Source of the DNA: Camelus ferus
Taxonomy: Eukaryota
Length of the DNA stretch: 64,000 bases
Assembly (NCBI RefSeq): GCF_009834535.1
Contig: NC_045696.1
Location: forward strand, 121,584,001-121,648,000
Direction: 5' to 3'
Shown here: piece after piece, positions 24,981 through 39,070 of the stretch
How the letters are laid out: every line of letters begins with the position of its first letter
Numbering within the stretch: position 1 is the first letter of the stretch
Position numbers and translations under genes: made by a program
Notes under the pieces: generated by a model
What the model was told of the DNA's origin: nothing
The model's input: the letters and a program-made list of their open reading frames with translations, nothing else
Databases searched by the model: none

Positions 24981-26014
24981 AAGTCTGTTTTCATGCTTAT
25001 TTACGCTCCAACTAGTAAAGTACTTTAGTGAAAATCACATTCCTATTTGAAGAGAACTTTCACTTGCATTTTTTCTAACCTGAGCAGTAATTCAGTTAGG
25101 CATATATTTTCATTCTCCTTTGATAGTTAAGGAACTAAGGTTTAGAGTCACAGAGCTAGTAAATAGATTAAAGTCCACTTGTACCTGAATCTGCTGGTTT
25201 CCCATTACATCACAGACAGCTTTAAGAGCTCTGAGGAATGGGCTCTTGACTTTTGGTTTTAATTTCCTTGTTAAGAGCACACTCAAGCACCAGAAGACAT
25301 ATCTGGTACATCTTATTTGCTTTCAAAAAATAGAGTTTAGTTCTACTGCTATCATTTCAACCCACAGATCTATACTTTATGGGTTGTATAAGATCAAATG
25401 GAGGTCACTTTTGGAGCTTTAAAAAAAGATGTCCTTTACCTAAACACTTCCATTTTTTCCCTCCAAAGAGTTGAACACTCTTTTCTCAACAGATTTGGCT
25501 AGTTAATCAAAAAGAAGAAACCATCCAAAGAGGGGAATCTATGACCTCTTTGTCAAGGGAAATCAGATTATTCAATGCCAAGAAAGGCTATTTTTATTTT
25601 CATCCGATGGTCTGCAGGAGTTTTTAAAGGTCAGCACCATGGAGGTAAAAGGAGAAACTGTTCAAGAAGAGCTCTTGCAAATCTCTCTCCTCTTAACAGC
25701 CTCAAGCCTGACCCTGTCTTATCGGTAGCCAGTTAGCTTGGGTAGTTAAGTGAAGAGGACAAGGGACTAGTTCCATCCCTGAGGAGGTCACCTAAACCAT
25801 TGCTGACACCAGCAGTCACAGGAAAGTCCAGGAGGTGGCTCTCCCTTAACTCCTGCTGCTACTGGAAACACACGGCAGTAGCATCTTTAGAGCAGCTTAA
25901 GGAAGGCCCGGCATCAGAGCACCACTATGACAGCCAGAGCAGAAGGATGGGACGCCCTTAGCTGACCCAGCACGATCGCTCCACGCTGTGGCCAAGGAAA
26001 TCTGGCAAAAGCCA

Positions 26015-26180
26015 CTCACTGACTCTGTGGTTCTAGGCAAGCCATTTTGTTTCTCCAAGCCTCAGTTTCTCCATCTAGAAAATGAGAACAGTCCTCCCCT
26101 ACCTCACCAAGATGTGGTGCAGTCTAAGTGAGACAAACGTGAAAGAGCTGTGGAAACTGGGAAAAGCCGTACAAGCATTC
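26015..26180 (+). mobile_element. MIR SINE
   Basis: GGCAAGCCATTT..AGCCTCAGTTTCTCCATCTAGAAAATGAG. Confidence 0.7.
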
Positions 26181-26225
26181 ACGGTCATCCTCGTCTCTCT
26201 CTCCTTTATGTTAGAGGAGATCACT

Positions 26226-26295
26226 ATGCACAAGGTCCTGGGTTCAGTCCCCTGAACCTCCATTAAAAAAATAAGTAATCAAAAAATAAAAATGG
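26226..26295 (+). mobile_element. 5'-truncated Vic-1-like SINE
   Basis: ATGCACAAGGTCCTGGGTTCAGTCCCC followed by an A-tail. Confidence 0.75.
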
Positions 26296-26505
26296 GGACA
26301 ATTTATTTTTTTTGCTCAAGATCTTTGTTGATTTGTTTAACAAAGTTTTCCTGAGTGCCCTGCTCTGTGCCAGACAATGGGCTATGTGTTGGAAATACAG
26401 AAGAAGTGCAAGGAAATGCTGATCTTCAAAATGATGTTGTCTGTGGGGAGGGAGGCGGGTGCCGGGGTGCGAAGGCGACAGGAAAGGGGGGGTAAACATA
26501 GTAGA

Positions 26506-27381
26506 TGTTGTTGTGTGGCACCCAGATCCCCCTTTGGTGTCAAGACTACTGCTCCTGCTGCCAGAAGTAGGTCAGTCCCTTAGAGGGAGCATGGGGATTG
26601 AAGAGAATCCTCTTGCTCATGGTCATGCCTACTCGTGGGGGTTCATATCCAATAATGGATCAACTTAAGCATACAAAGGCATAGCCCCCATTCGCCAAAC
26701 CGGGTCACTTCTCCTCAGAGTTTCCCATGGGTTGGCTGACACTGAGGCTATATTATGGCTCGCTTTCTTCCTCTGACCAATCCTGCATCCTTCCCTTCCT
26801 TTCCACAAATATTGATCCCAAAGAGCTCCTTAATAAACCTCCTGCACACTGATATCTTTCCAAGCCTACTTCCATGATTACTGACAGCACATGTCAACTT
26901 GGCTAGGCTATGACACTCAGCTTTTGCTCAAATAGTTCAAATGAGGTCCCCCAAGGAAGAAGGAATTCTGCTTCCAGACTGCTGTAAGACTTGAGTTGCA
27001 ACATCAACTCTTCCCTGGGTCCCCAGCATATAGATACATAGATAGATGAATGGATGAATAGATAGATGGAAGGATGAACAAATAGATGGATGGATAGATG
27101 GATGGATGGATGCATGGATGCATGGATAGATGGATGGATAGACAAATATATGGATGGATAGATGGACCAATAGATGGATGGACGGATAGATGGATGGATG
27201 GATGGGTGGGTGGGTGGATGAATGGACGAATAGATGGATGGATGGATGGGTGGATAGATAGATGAATAGATGGATGGATGAACAGATGGATTGATTGATA
27301 AGTTGACAGATTAATAGGTAGATAGATTCTGTTTCTCTGGAGAACCTGAGTAGTGCAACTTCCCAGAACTCAACTACAATA
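26506..27381 (+). mobile_element. LTR16-like ERVL LTR interrupted by an MLT2 element
   Basis: CCAATCCTGCATCCTTCCCTTCC..GATCCCAAAGAGCTCCTTAATAAACCTCCTGCACACT; resumes after 27357. Confidence 0.6.
26873..27357 (+). mobile_element. MLT2-like LTR containing a (GGAT/AGAT)n tract at about 27029-27326
   Basis: ATGTCAACTTGGCTAGGCTATG..GCAACATCAACTCTTCCCTGGGTC..TTCTGTTTCTCTGGAGAACC; 5-bp ACTTC flanks. Confidence 0.8.
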
Positions 27382-27432
27382 TCAGGCATTTATGATACAA
27401 TGATTATTGTATTATATGCTCTGAATTACCAC

Positions 27433-28072
27433 TAGGACTGGCTCCACGGGCGAGTGACCTATGCAGCCACACAGGGCTTCACACTAGGAAGGACTGGGTT
27501 CTTTGCTCTACTGTCACTATCTTGAAAGTCTTGGTAATTTTATCTTCAGATCTGCATTTTGTAAGTGAATTTTCATGAAACAATGGCATGTCCATGGGCA
27601 GAAGGAGGTATGTGTGACATGCATGTCCACCATTCCCTGCTACCTCATTCATACACAGCATCTGTAATGCCCTGGGACCCACTACTTCCAGTGGACTCAG
27701 AATGTGTGAGAACTCAGTGAGACTCAGAGTGAGTACATGGTAAAACTGTCCATCTACAGTTGAGTAAGTGAGTAGAGGAAGGATGGCTGACAGCTCCAAG
27801 AGGCCACACCGAAAGTTCTAACCACAGGCACACCAAACAACAGGAAGAAGGCAGTGGTCATGTTCATTAACACTGTCAAATTTAAATTTTCTTGACTTAG
27901 AATGACTTTAAATAGCAAACAGAAAACAAATAGACAAGTCAAGAGACTATAAAAGAAAAGAGAAAGCTTTATATTGTAGTACCTTTAATGGCGCCTTTCC
28001 TCCTACTTCTTGAACAAGGGACCCCACAGTTTTGTTTTCCACTAGGCTCTGCAAACTATGTAACCAACCCTG
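27433..28072 (+). mobile_element. MER45-like hAT-Tip100 element
   Basis: Ends AGGACTGGCTCCACGGGCGAGTGACCT.. and ..TTGAACAAGGGACCCCAC..TATGTAACCAACCCTG. Confidence 0.7.
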
Positions 28073-28140
28073 ATTAGCAACATAACTTATAGGTGCATAG
28101 AGTTGGAGTTTGAAGAAAGCTCAAAAGCTGAGCCCTAAGA

Positions 28141-28308
28141 GGCGGAGGGTACAGCTCAAGTGGTAGAGTGCATGCTTGGCATGCACAAGGTCCTGGGTTC
28201 AATCTCCAGAACCTCCTCTAAAAATAAATAAATAAATAAATCTAATTACCTCCCACCCACCCCTTGCCACCATAAAACTAAATAAATAAGTAAATCACTC
28301 TTCCAAAA
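28141..28308 (+). mobile_element. Vic-1-like SINE
   Basis: Full head; TSD AAAAGCTGAGCCCTAAGA / AAAGGCTGAGTCCTAAGA. Confidence 0.92.
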
Positions 28309-29224
28309 AAAGGCTGAGTCCTAAGAGAAATAAGAGGTTCCCAGGATGTATCAAATCCTATGGACTAGACAGAGAAAGCTGGAAACCACTTGGTTTATCT
28401 GAATCTTGAGTTGGGACAATAGACCTGAGGGAATAATACAGAATAGGTCAAGGTCAGATCTGTCTCAGGTGATGGGAAGCCAATGGAGGGTTTTAAGCCT
28501 GCGTGTAACAAGAGGAGATGCATTTAGAAAGATCTCTAGTACCAGGTTCTTAAGGGTCTCACTCACACAGCTCTGTGTCCCTGTGAGTTCTTCACTCTAA
28601 CTTCCTGGCCATCAACTTTCCTTTCACCCAAATGTTATGGTCCAGTCCTAGTTGTAAAGGAAATGCCACAAACCAGTTATTAATCCCAAGGGAGCAGAAC
28701 GCCATGCACTGGTTACCAATCTCAGTGGAGGACTCTAAACCCTCTACCCACGGCATTTTGTTATCAGAGTTGCCAAGGAAAACACAACACGGTCACACAC
28801 TGGGTGGAATCACACCTTCCTTACATAGGGAAGACATTGCTCAATAGTGGATGTCTGTCCCTCGTGGCCAACGGGACTCTCGGTGCAGCCAATACACAAC
28901 AGTCTGCCTGTGTGCACCCCTCTTGTGTGCAGCGGAAGGAAACTCACCCTTCCTTCCTCATAGAGGACACATATAACTGTGGGGCTGGTCAGGTGTTACG
29001 TGACACTTTCAGCAGAGACAAGGCTTCTCATTGCACCTGAAACCAGGAAGGATGGTCCCACATGAGGTGATAAGCCCACACAGCTGACTCTTGCTAAGGC
29101 CCAAGGCCCATCCTTATGTGGCCAAGTGGGAGTTGAAAGGCCACTGGCATGAGACTGCCTCCCTCAGGACTATATATCCTTCCAAGTCTGGATCAAGTGC
29201 CATCTTCTCCTTGACTCTTCCAGG

Positions 29225-30345
29225 ATTATTCTCAAAAATGCAAAGGCAATTTACTGGAAAAATGATCATCCTGCCATCAAGTGCTACCAGCATTATTGGC
29301 TATGCAAAGGAAGTGAATTTTGATTCAATCTTGCACCATACATAAAAATTAATTGAAATGGAACATAGACTTAAACATAAAACCTCAAACTAAAAATTCT
29401 TAAAGAAGACATAGGAGACAATCTTTGTGATCTTGAGTTAGGCAGAAACGTCTTAGACATGATACTGAAAGCATGATCCAGGAAAGAGACAACTGATAAG
29501 TCAGACCTTTTACAAAAATTCAAAATGCTTGCCCTTCGCAAACCACCATTAAGAGAATGAAAAGACAAGCCACAGATTGGGAGAATTATTTGCAAAGTAT
29601 ATCTCTGATAAGGAACACAAATCAAAATACATAAAGAACTATAAAAAGTAAAAACCAAGAAAACAAACAACCCAATTTTTTAAAAATGAGCAAGAGATAT
29701 AAATATACAATTCATCAAGGAAGATACATGGATGCCAAATAAGCACATAAACGATGATCAACATAATTATAATTTAAATATGAAATTGAAAATAAAATTT
29801 CAATTAGATATCACTGCATATCTATTAGAGGGGCTAAAACTTTAAAAACTGACCATTTCAAATGTTGGCAAGAATATGGAGGAACTAGAACTCTCCAACA
29901 CCGCTGGTGGGAATGCAGAACGCAACAACTACTTTGGAAGAGAGGTTAGCGATTCCTTAACAGGTAAAACAGGCACCTAAAATACAATACAGTCATTTCA
30001 TGCCAGGACTTACCCAAAAGGAAAGAAAGCATACGTCCCCAAAGAGACTCACACCAATGTCCACATTTATTTGCAGTAACCACCAGGGAGAAACAATGCA
30101 AATGTTCATCAACTGGTGACTAGGTAGAGAAACCCTGGTATATCCATACAGTGGAATACTATTCATCAATGAAAAAGGAATGACCCATTGATACACACAA
30201 CATAGATGACTCTCAAAATAATTATGCTGAGTGAAAGAAATTAGACACTAAAATGAGTGCATAATGATTAAATTTATATAAACCTCTAGAAAATGTAAGC
30301 AAATTTACAGTGACAGAAAGCTGCCGTGGGTCGCCTGCAGACAGG
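29225..30345 (+). mobile_element. Old L1 (L1MB/MC-like) ORF2 3' region
   Basis: ATTAAGAGAATGAAAAGACAAGCCACAGATTGGGAGA, GCTGGTGGGAATGCA, ATTATGCTGAGTGAAAGAA. Confidence 0.85.
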
Positions 30346-32295
30346 GAAAAGAGAAGAGAATGCAGGGAGTGTCCAACTACTTTTTTTTTTTTAACTCACC
30401 AGCCTTGGCTTTATGTCATTTCCTTATGCTAGGTCCATAGTTGGTGTTCAATAAAGGACAGATGGTTTCTACTGTGTTGCTTTGAATTTTATGTCAGTAT
30501 TAACATGCTGAATATTCCGTGTGTTCCTCCACATCTGCTCCCCTTTCTCCTCCCCCTTGCTCTGTCCCCAGGGGCTGACCTGTGTACTCTACACCAATTA
30601 CATTAATAAAGCTTTTTTAAAAAAACTTTGTTGTCTGGGGACTCGTTTCACTATTTCTGTGCCCTTTTGTCTATGTTTAAAATAGTCCAGAATATAAACT
30701 TTAATAGAAACACCTTGTCTTTTGGGTACAATGTAATCAAAGTCACGGAACTAGGTGACACCACATCAATCCCCCTCTCCCACTGGGAAGGTGGGCAAGG
30801 GCTTTCGATGCTTGTGCATGATACAACCTCAGTTGCGTTGCTGCCGTTTTCAGGAACACACTGGGCTTACACAAATTTAATTTTACCCGGAAAATGAGCC
30901 TCATTTATCCTGCTTGGCACTTACGGCCCCTGCATCAGGGTAATAACCAACGTCTGCCCCTGCTAACAGTAAGGAAAGATTTCCCTACAGAGCCCGACTC
31001 CCATGAGAACAGAGGTGCAGAGAAAAGCGTGCAGAGGACGAGTGTGATTGCGCAGTCAGCTGCTGTCCTTCTCCGAGGTAGCCCCGGCTGATCTAAAGTC
31101 AGACAGCAGCTGAAATAACAATCAGATGTGATTTTTCATCCCAGCTCTACTGATGACTAATCTACAACCTCGGGCAAGTCTCTCTGCGCTCAGTTCCCGC
31201 CAGTATGAGGGGCCTGGTCTCTAGCCCATCTCCAAGGTCTCTTCCAGGGATGATATTTGCAACTTTTCTCCTTCCCTCTTCTGTGTCCTCATGGAATAAT
31301 AACCTGCAGGGTGAGACTCAGCCAAGGTTTGACAATATGGGCACCAGGCTGCGACTGGTGAGAACTGGGAGAGGACAGTGTCCTGAAACGGATGGGTCTC
31401 ACCTGGGTTACACACTGTCAAGTTTATCACACTGAAGTTGGAACATGCCTCTTGGTCTGGCATGATTTGTTGAAAAGAATAGAATGCGATTTGTATTTCT
31501 CTGGCACATGGGTAGCTTTCTAGAAACCGCAAGGATTTCTTAGAACTGAAATGGGTAAAGCACAGCTCAATCTTACAAGAGGCTGAAACCAGGGACCATA
31601 AAACCATGAGCAGTGTTACTCACGCCAGCTCTCTCTCTCTCTCAACCGGCCCCTCCTTCTCTCTCTCATCTCTGACTCTGCCTTCACAAAGGCCTTACTC
31701 CTGTATTTCTGCAAAACAACGTTGTGTGCTTCAGCGGTCTATGGGGAGAAAGAGTTAACAGTTCAACACGACTTGTCACTCCAACACAGCATCACCTAGC
31801 CACCCCTCATCTGAAACTCCAGGTCCCCAGGAGGAGGAGCTTAGGCGGGTGGCTCCCTGGGACAAAGAACTGGCCTGGTGGTGGGTAGGGAGGAGGGCCA
31901 CGTGGCACAGAAGACCGCGCTCTCTGGGCGAGGGGAGTTTCTCTAAAAAGGAGGCGTGCAATGCCTGGTATAAAGATCACCTCTGATGAGGTTTGAGAAT
32001 CCAACTTAATGCCCAAGGAGCAAATTCCTTCCCCCAGTAACTTAAGAACAGAGTTCTTAACTTCTTAGACCTCTTGCACTTTATAGATGAGGTGCTGAGG
32101 TCCAGCGAGTTGTGGCAGAGCTGGATTTGGGATTCTGGCCACTTGGTTTCCGCCTCAGGGTGCTCTTTTAGGATGAGATCTGCCAGAGGCTCTTGTTATG
32201 TCCAGGACGGTGCTGATGTCGTGAGAGTCCAGCACCAGCAAAGATGCTGGTTATCACGAGCCCAGGCACTAAATCACAAGAAAGGAATGGGCATT

Positions 32296-32830
32296 TGTGA
32301 CAGGCTGCGCTTTCCAAAAATGACCGCGTTATCCCTCTTATACGGTGCCCTGATGCTCCTCCAGGGAGTGCTGAGTCCCCTCCGCTCAAACTCTGGCAGA
32401 TCTTCGTGGCTTCCTCAATCAACGGAGCAGGAGTGATGCCAGGCAGCTTCTGGTGTGACATCGTGAAAATTCCGTTAGCTTCCACCGTGTCCCCTGGAGA
32501 CACTGGTCTTGGAATCTCATCACCAAGTGTAGGGAAGCCCAAAGCAGACCACATGCAGAGGTCACATGCAGGTGTTCAAGGTGAGAGCCCAGCTGGGGTC
32601 CAGCCAACAGCCAGGATGGACATGTGGGTGAACACGTCCTCAGGTCCTGCCCTCGAGCCACTGAGAGACGCCCAGAATTTGGATTTGAGGCCCCAGACAT
32701 CAAGGATCATCAGAGAAGTCTGTGCTCTGTCTGGATTCCTGATGCACAGAATCTGTGAGTATGAGAAGATAGTTATTTTATGCCATTGAGTTTTGGGCTA
32801 GTTTGTTACACAGCCCAAATCTGGAACCAC
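32296..32830 (+). mobile_element. MLT1-type MaLR LTR
   Basis: TGTGACAGGC start; AGCCCAGCTG..CAGCCAACAGCCAG; TTTTATGCCATTGAGTTTTGGGCTAGTTTGTTACACAGC. Confidence 0.75.
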
Positions 32831-32885
32831 ACCGGTCTATCACCTACTACCAAAACTTTGGGTCTTAGGAGGCAATTTTTCCTGA

Positions 32886-32977
32886 TTTTTTTTTTTTTAA
32901 ATGGAGGTGCTGGGGATTGAACCCAGGACCTCATGCATGCTGAGCACATGCTCTACCACTGAGCTGCACCCTCCCTC
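32886..32977 (-). mobile_element. Vic-1-like SINE
   Basis: GGAGGTGCTGGGGATTGAACCCAGGACCTCATGCATGCTGAGCACATGCTCTACCACTGAGCT; TTTCCTG on both flanks. Confidence 0.92.
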
Positions 32978-33179
32978 TTTCCTGGGTATTTTTATCCTTT
33001 CCATCATTTTTAGAAGACAGTATTTCATCATATTATTGATTGCTTAATTTAAAAAAGACACATGCGTTAAACCCAAGTCCTGTCTCTGAGGACACATGCT
33101 CCATCACCTGCTGCAGTGACCTGTTAGTGCCGAGTGTCTGTCATTTCATAATAAGGGGGGTCCTGGGAGGTGAAGCAGT

Positions 33180-33651
33180 GGTCAATTTTTTTGCGAAACT
33201 GACCATAATTCTTCATGTGTCTTCATCTATCTGCATTTTTACAATGTGGCTTTGCAGCTCCTTCCATCAAGAGGTAGAGTTTATTTTCTCGTCCCTTAGA
33301 TCGAGCCTGTTTTGACACTTTTCCAGGTCCAAGCCTAGGTCAAGAGGCTTGGCAGGCTTCTTCCCATTCCCTTGGAAGCCTGTCACCAGCACACGAGCAA
33401 GCCTGAGCTAACCTGCTGGAGGAAGAGAGCCCAGCCGGCACAGAGCCCTGTTGTCCCAGATGAGGCCATCCTAGACCAGCCTCTAACCAACCAACAGCCA
33501 GACATGTGAGCAAACACAGCCTTGATCCACATGGCCACCCACCCCACAGCACCCAGCCAGCCCATAGCCTTGTGAGCCAAAATAAATGCTTGTTGCTCGA
33601 ACCCACTGAGTCTTGGAATACTTTGTTTTCCTGCAATACCCAACTGATACC
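33180..33651 (+). mobile_element. MLT1-type MaLR LTR
   Basis: TGAGGCCATCCTAGACCAGCC..GTGAGCCAAAATAAATGCTTGTTG..AACTGATAC. Confidence 0.75.
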
Positions 33652-34469
33652 AAAACCATAGAAGAATAAAACCACAAATCTTCTTAGTTGTAGAGGTTCT
33701 CAATGGAGTCGGGGAGGGCAGAGTGTTCGCATCTCTGCCATCTGGGAGGATTGAGGTTTGGACATTCTTAATGTTCTTTCAAAAGGACGCCAACTGAAAC
33801 AGCTGAGAAACACTGACCTTAAGTTAGGAAGGCTCGAGCAGCCTAAATGCCGCTCCAAGAGTCTGGTTAACGCAGAGAATTCATTCACCTTTAAACTGAG
33901 TGTCTGCTGGAAACAACTAGAAGAGGAACACTGGGCCTAGGGAAGTGTGTGGTGGGGTTCAGGCAGGCACCCTGCCTCTGGGAAGCGCCCTTTTGACCAC
34001 GTAGTTTACACGGGGGCTGCCAGCTTTCCACCGGGCTTCCTTGGCAGTGGGCTGCCTCAGCGGTGGGCACACAGCCCCAGCTGGCCCAGTGGACACCTTT
34101 CTTGAGATTTTTAAAATTAAAACCAAGAGGAGGAGACCCTTCTCCTCTGTCTGCAGAAGCAGAGAATGGTGACCACAGGGCAGATATGTTTTCCAGCACT
34201 CTTGAAGAAAACCCCACCATACCAGGGGGTGTTGGGGGAAAAGGCAGGGACCACCTTGGGAGCATCTGAGATTCTAGTTTCCGTCATTTCTGGCCTTGGT
34301 TTGATGACATGAGCCGTGAACTCCCCTTTTCTCCTACACAGGTTCAAGTCTCTCTCTAATACTTGCAACCAAGAATCTGATGATGAAATTGCCAGCAGAG
34401 AGCATCTTGCTTTTGCAACGCAGCTTTAAAGAAAATTGCAAAAAGAAAACAACGGAGGAAGAAAAGGTA

Positions 34470-35045
34470 CTTGTGGCGGGCACAGAGAAACACCACTCAG
34501 ATCCTCCACCTTCAAGAGAGCTCGCTGCCCAGCTGGAGAGCTCCCAGCTGTTAAGTCCTCCCGCGGTCTGCCTCCACTTCCCAGCCAGGGCCACACCATC
34601 CCAGGGACAGTCCCCAGGCAAGGACTGACTAAAGCAATGGTGCTTGAGGTCTTGCTACCCCAGGCGAAGCTCCCAGCTCATAATTAAGCAAGACACGGGG
34701 CACAAGAACTAGCCATGTCCACCCAATGCGGGACTTCTCATATGGACAATTTCCTCCACACCCACACTCCCCACAGGGCCAGCGGAGGCTTTGCCATTTC
34801 AGCATCACAGTCTAAACTCTCTGTGTCCAACCCTACACTCTCTTTCCCTTTCAAAGGTGTTACTCCTCAATAAACTTTTTGTATTTCTTTCTCTCTCTCT
34901 CTCTCTTTTAAATTATTGGAGGTCCTGGGGGTTGAACTCAAGACCTCGTGCATGTTAAGCATGCACTCGACCCCTGAGCTATACCTGTTCCCCCAACTTT
35001 TTGTATTTCTAACTCAGTGTCCCAACATTTTAGGAGGCCCTAAAT
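34470..35045 (+). mobile_element. LTR16-like ERVL LTR with a SINE insertion
   Basis: CTCTTTCCCTTTCAAAGGTGTTACTCCTCAATAAACTTTTTG. Confidence 0.55.
34889..34994 (-). mobile_element. Vic-1-like SINE with a perfect 16-bp TSD
   Basis: AACTTTTTGTATTTCT at 34873-34888 and 34995-35010. Confidence 0.92.
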
Positions 35046-35748
35046 TTGGTGCTTAATGGTCTTATTCCAGCAAATTTAAGATAATACAACCAAGACTGTG
35101 AATATTTTCATAGACATCTTCTCTAGAAGAGGCTGAAAGGAAGCATCCTTTCTTGGAGCCATGAGCAGATGGAGATGGTAAATACCTTCTTCCCCTCGAG
35201 CCCAAACTCTGGTTCTTATTTCTTCCCACCATTCCAGAGGCCACCCTCAATGGTGTAACTAAATCAAACCCCAAGTCAGGAAGGTCTTCCTGATCCATCC
35301 GGCATACTTGGGGCATCAGTGGACTTGGCTCCAAGCCCCTGCCCAGCCCCTGCCCTGCCCCTGCCCTGCCCTCCCGCCACAACCCCCTTCATCTGCCTCA
35401 CCTCCTCCCCCTCCCTCGCTCTGGAGAGGAGAGTAATTAACGAGCTGTCACTCTGAACGATGCAGTCCTGGCTCACGTCTGAATCATTTATTTTGAATGC
35501 TTCCCATCACGCCTAACCTTGAGGCTCCCAAATACCTGATAACTAGAAGTGAGCCTGAACCTGATTCCTCATTTTCTTTTCACCTGGTATATTCAGACAG
35601 TATTAGAAAGTGAAGAAATTACAGCTTGTTCCACCTTGACGTGCATAGTCACTGGTAGGATGACTGACCTTCAAGCTGATAGCATTCCTACTTCTCCAAC
35701 TTGATTAGCCCAGAGCACATTCGCTTGATCATCAAGAATTCCGCATTT

Positions 35749-36481
35749 GAATGTAATTTGGTGCAGCCACTATGGAAAGCAGTATGGAGACTCCTCAAAA
35801 AGCTAAAAATAGACTTACTATATGATCCAGCCATCCCACTCCTGGGCATATATCTGGAGAGAACTCTAACATGAAAAGACACATACACCCAATGTTCATA
35901 GCAGCACTATTTACAATAGCCCAGACACAGACGCAACCTACATGTCCACTGACAGATGACTGGATAAAGAAGCTGTGGTACATTTCTACAATGGAGTACT
36001 ACTCAGCCAAAAAAAAGAATAAAATAACACCATTTGCAGCAACATGGATGGACATGGAGAATATCATACTAAGTGAAGTAAACCAGAAAGAGAAAGAAAA
36101 ATACCATATGATATCACTCATATGTGTAACCTAAGAAAGACACAAACGAACTTACTTACAAAACAGAAACAGACTCACAGACATAGAAAACAAGCTCATG
36201 GTTACCAGTGGGGAAGGAGGTGGGAAGGGATAAATTGGAAGTTCGGGATTTGGGATTTGCAGATACAAACTAGTATATATAAAATAGATAAACAACAAGG
36301 TCCTGCTGTACAGCATAGGGAACTACATTCAATATCTTGTAGTAATCTATAATGAAAAAGAATATGAAAAGGAATATATGTATGTACATGTATGACTAAA
36401 ACATTGTTCTGTACACCAGAAATTGATGCAACATTGTAAACTGATGAGACTTCAATTTAAAAAAAAGAACTTAAAAAAAAA
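35749..36481 (+). mobile_element. 5'-truncated young L1
   Basis: ORF 35871-36134 [31 protein letters not shown]; 3' UTR and A-tail. Confidence 0.93.
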
Positions 36482-36591
36482 TCCCAGACATGAAGCTCTA
36501 CTAGTTTATTGGAAGTTCTGCAGATAGATACCATTTTTTCAATTTTGTTCAAACTCTCAGATAAAAATATTGGTTTGTTATATACAGTCAC

Positions 36592-37001
36592 TGTGTCAAT
36601 AGTCTCCAAAGATGGCCACCAATTTCCGAGTCCTTCTGCCCTTGAAGCTGGGCTGCTCTGGGAGTGTTTTGACCAATATGGGGCAAACGATGCTCTGGGA
36701 CTTCAGAGCCCAGGCCCTAAGAGAACGGACAGCTTCTGCTTCCTTTCCAGGAGTCCAGCCGCTTTTCTACCAGATTTCAAGCCACCCGGAGGAGACACAC
36801 TGGCGACCACGAGATCGACCTGCCTCAGACATGCAGGACAGCTGAGTCCCCAGATGACCGCAGCCCGGCCCTGGACACAAAAAGCAGAAAAGCCACCCAC
36901 CTGAGTCCAGTGAGGCTATAAAGTCACAAGAAGTAATAAAATGATTGTTGTTTCTAGCTACTAAGTTTGGGGGTAGCTGGTTACACAGAAACAGATAAAC
37001 A
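36592..37001 (+). mobile_element. MLT1-type MaLR LTR
   Basis: CTCCAAAGATGGCCACCAAT..TTGTTGTTTCTAGCTACTAAGTTTGGGGTAGCTGGTTACACAG. Confidence 0.7.
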
Positions 37002-38741
37002 ATGATTTTTAGATATTCTTACTTCAGGAGGAATATGAAGCCGTGGGGTATGAGCACTCTCACACTGGGCTGGTGAGAGTATAAATTCAGTTTGTACTTA
37101 ACGCAAAAACCAGAAAAAAAAAAAAAACCCTGTACAAATACTTAATACAAAAACAGTTAATTTGGAGGGCATTTGGGCAGTAATTATTGACATTTGAAAT
37201 GCATATGCACTGTAGCTCCACAGTTGTCCTTCTCAGTGTCGATTCTAAACAATCGTCCACGTGTATCCCACAGGGCAGGTCCAAATATGCTTATTTCAGC
37301 CTTGTTTGAGAAAACCAGAGTGAGAAATTGAATACATCAGCTAGGAAAGGCTGCTGTCTCATAAGAATACTTTGTATCTACTGAAAGAACAAGCTAGATC
37401 TATATGAAACAATGTAAAACACATCTCCCATATATTATTGAGCAGAAATAATAAATTACAATCCAGTATATGCAGTGAGAGAGCATTTATGGCAAAAATA
37501 CTGTCTTTGTAATTGCTTATATATCTAAATGCACAGAAAGTCTGAAGGAGTTAACTGTACTCTTAGTCAGCAAGGGATAAGCTATTCTGTGATAATAGAT
37601 ACTTCAAGATTTCAAGAGCCTAACACAACGAAAGTTTATTTTAGCCTCTCAAAAAGTGTGACATAGAACATGTGGTCCTCCTCCAAACAGTGGCTTGGAA
37701 ATCTGGGCTCCTCCCAACATGTAAGTTCCATAATCTTGTCTGTGTGGCCTTCAGGGCGTCTGCACCAGGGGAGGCTGGGCGGGAGAAGCACACTGGCTTT
37801 TCATGGTCATGACCTAGAACTGACAATTAGTTCCATTGGCTGGAACCAGTCCTATGGCCTTAACCTCATGCAGTCCCATTTTTGAGACATTTGCATTTAT
37901 TGCCAATATTTTTCACCATTACAGATAACACTGTACCGCCTGGGCACGTGATAAACTGAAAATCTCTTTACATTTAGACATCTTTTGACAATTTCAAACA
38001 TATTTCATGTCCATTCTCAGTCTGAGCCACATGAAAATCCCACATGATAAGCGAGCAAGGTATAAGTCTCCCCATTTTGCAACAGGAAAATTGAGGCCTC
38101 GAGGATTCTGACCAGGGTCTCAGGGCTGTGAAAGAGCTGAGACTCAGAGTGAACTCGGTGATGCTTAAGCCCAGGTGTTTTTTCATTAGAGACATGCCAA
38201 TCAGCATCCCGCTGACATCATATCTTTTAAGATAACCTCAGGATGGGTGAACAAAAGGAACTTAGCCAGAGAATAGATAAGGATTTTAAGAAAATGAAAA
38301 GAGCTGTTTTAGGAATCTGGGTCAGAGTGATTTTGAAAAATGTTTGTTTCAATGTCTGTCTCCCTGAATAGGGTGTGACTTTCTAAATGGGATTGGACCA
38401 CATTCACCTCTGCAATCCCAACGTCCGGCACAGGTCTTGACTTATGTTGAGCACCAGGTAAATATTCACTAAATGAATGAATGGTGACAAAGTTACACCT
38501 TCTATACCCCCTACCATAAAGTCATGGCATTTTTGACCTTAAAGAAATCTGGACCCTGGCCACTCAGACAGAGTCTCTGAAATTAGGACCATGGGGAATG
38601 GGTTAGAAATGAAAACTCTCAGACCCCACTGAAGATGCGCTGAACCAGAATGGATCTTCCTTTTAGCAAGATCGCAGGATGAATCATAAGCAATCTAAAG
38701 TTTGAGTAAACTCAAATGCGTTGGCCTTGAGTTTGCACTTC

Positions 38742-39070
38742 TGTGACATGGTTCTGACACCAATTCTGATATGTGAATTTTTTTCCTCACACCAAGCAAT
38801 GCCCCAGCCCCAGCTGGGTGTCCTACAACCCCGCACAATTCTGGCACTACCTACCCAGAGACAGCATCAGATTTCACAGGTTAACGGCTCAGTCCCACAA
38901 GACTGCCCTCTCCTTCAAATGCCAATCGCAAGTCCAGGTTGTTACCTGTGCTTCTGATCAACAGGCTACAAATCAGGTCTCTGCGACCCCCTGCTTGGGT
39001 TTGATTAATTGCAAAAGTTGCTCATGGGACTCAGATAACTCGTTTACTCACTAGATTACCAGTTTATTAC
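38742..39070. mobile_element. MER21-like LTR fragment
   Basis: CAGCTGGGTGTCCTACAA..GGCTCAGTCCCACAAGACTGCCC..GTTACCTGTGCTTCTGA. Confidence 0.8.

Noticed and set aside
26903..27389. HPSI-repeat ORFs
   Set aside because: (GGAT)n tract inside an MLT2 LTR
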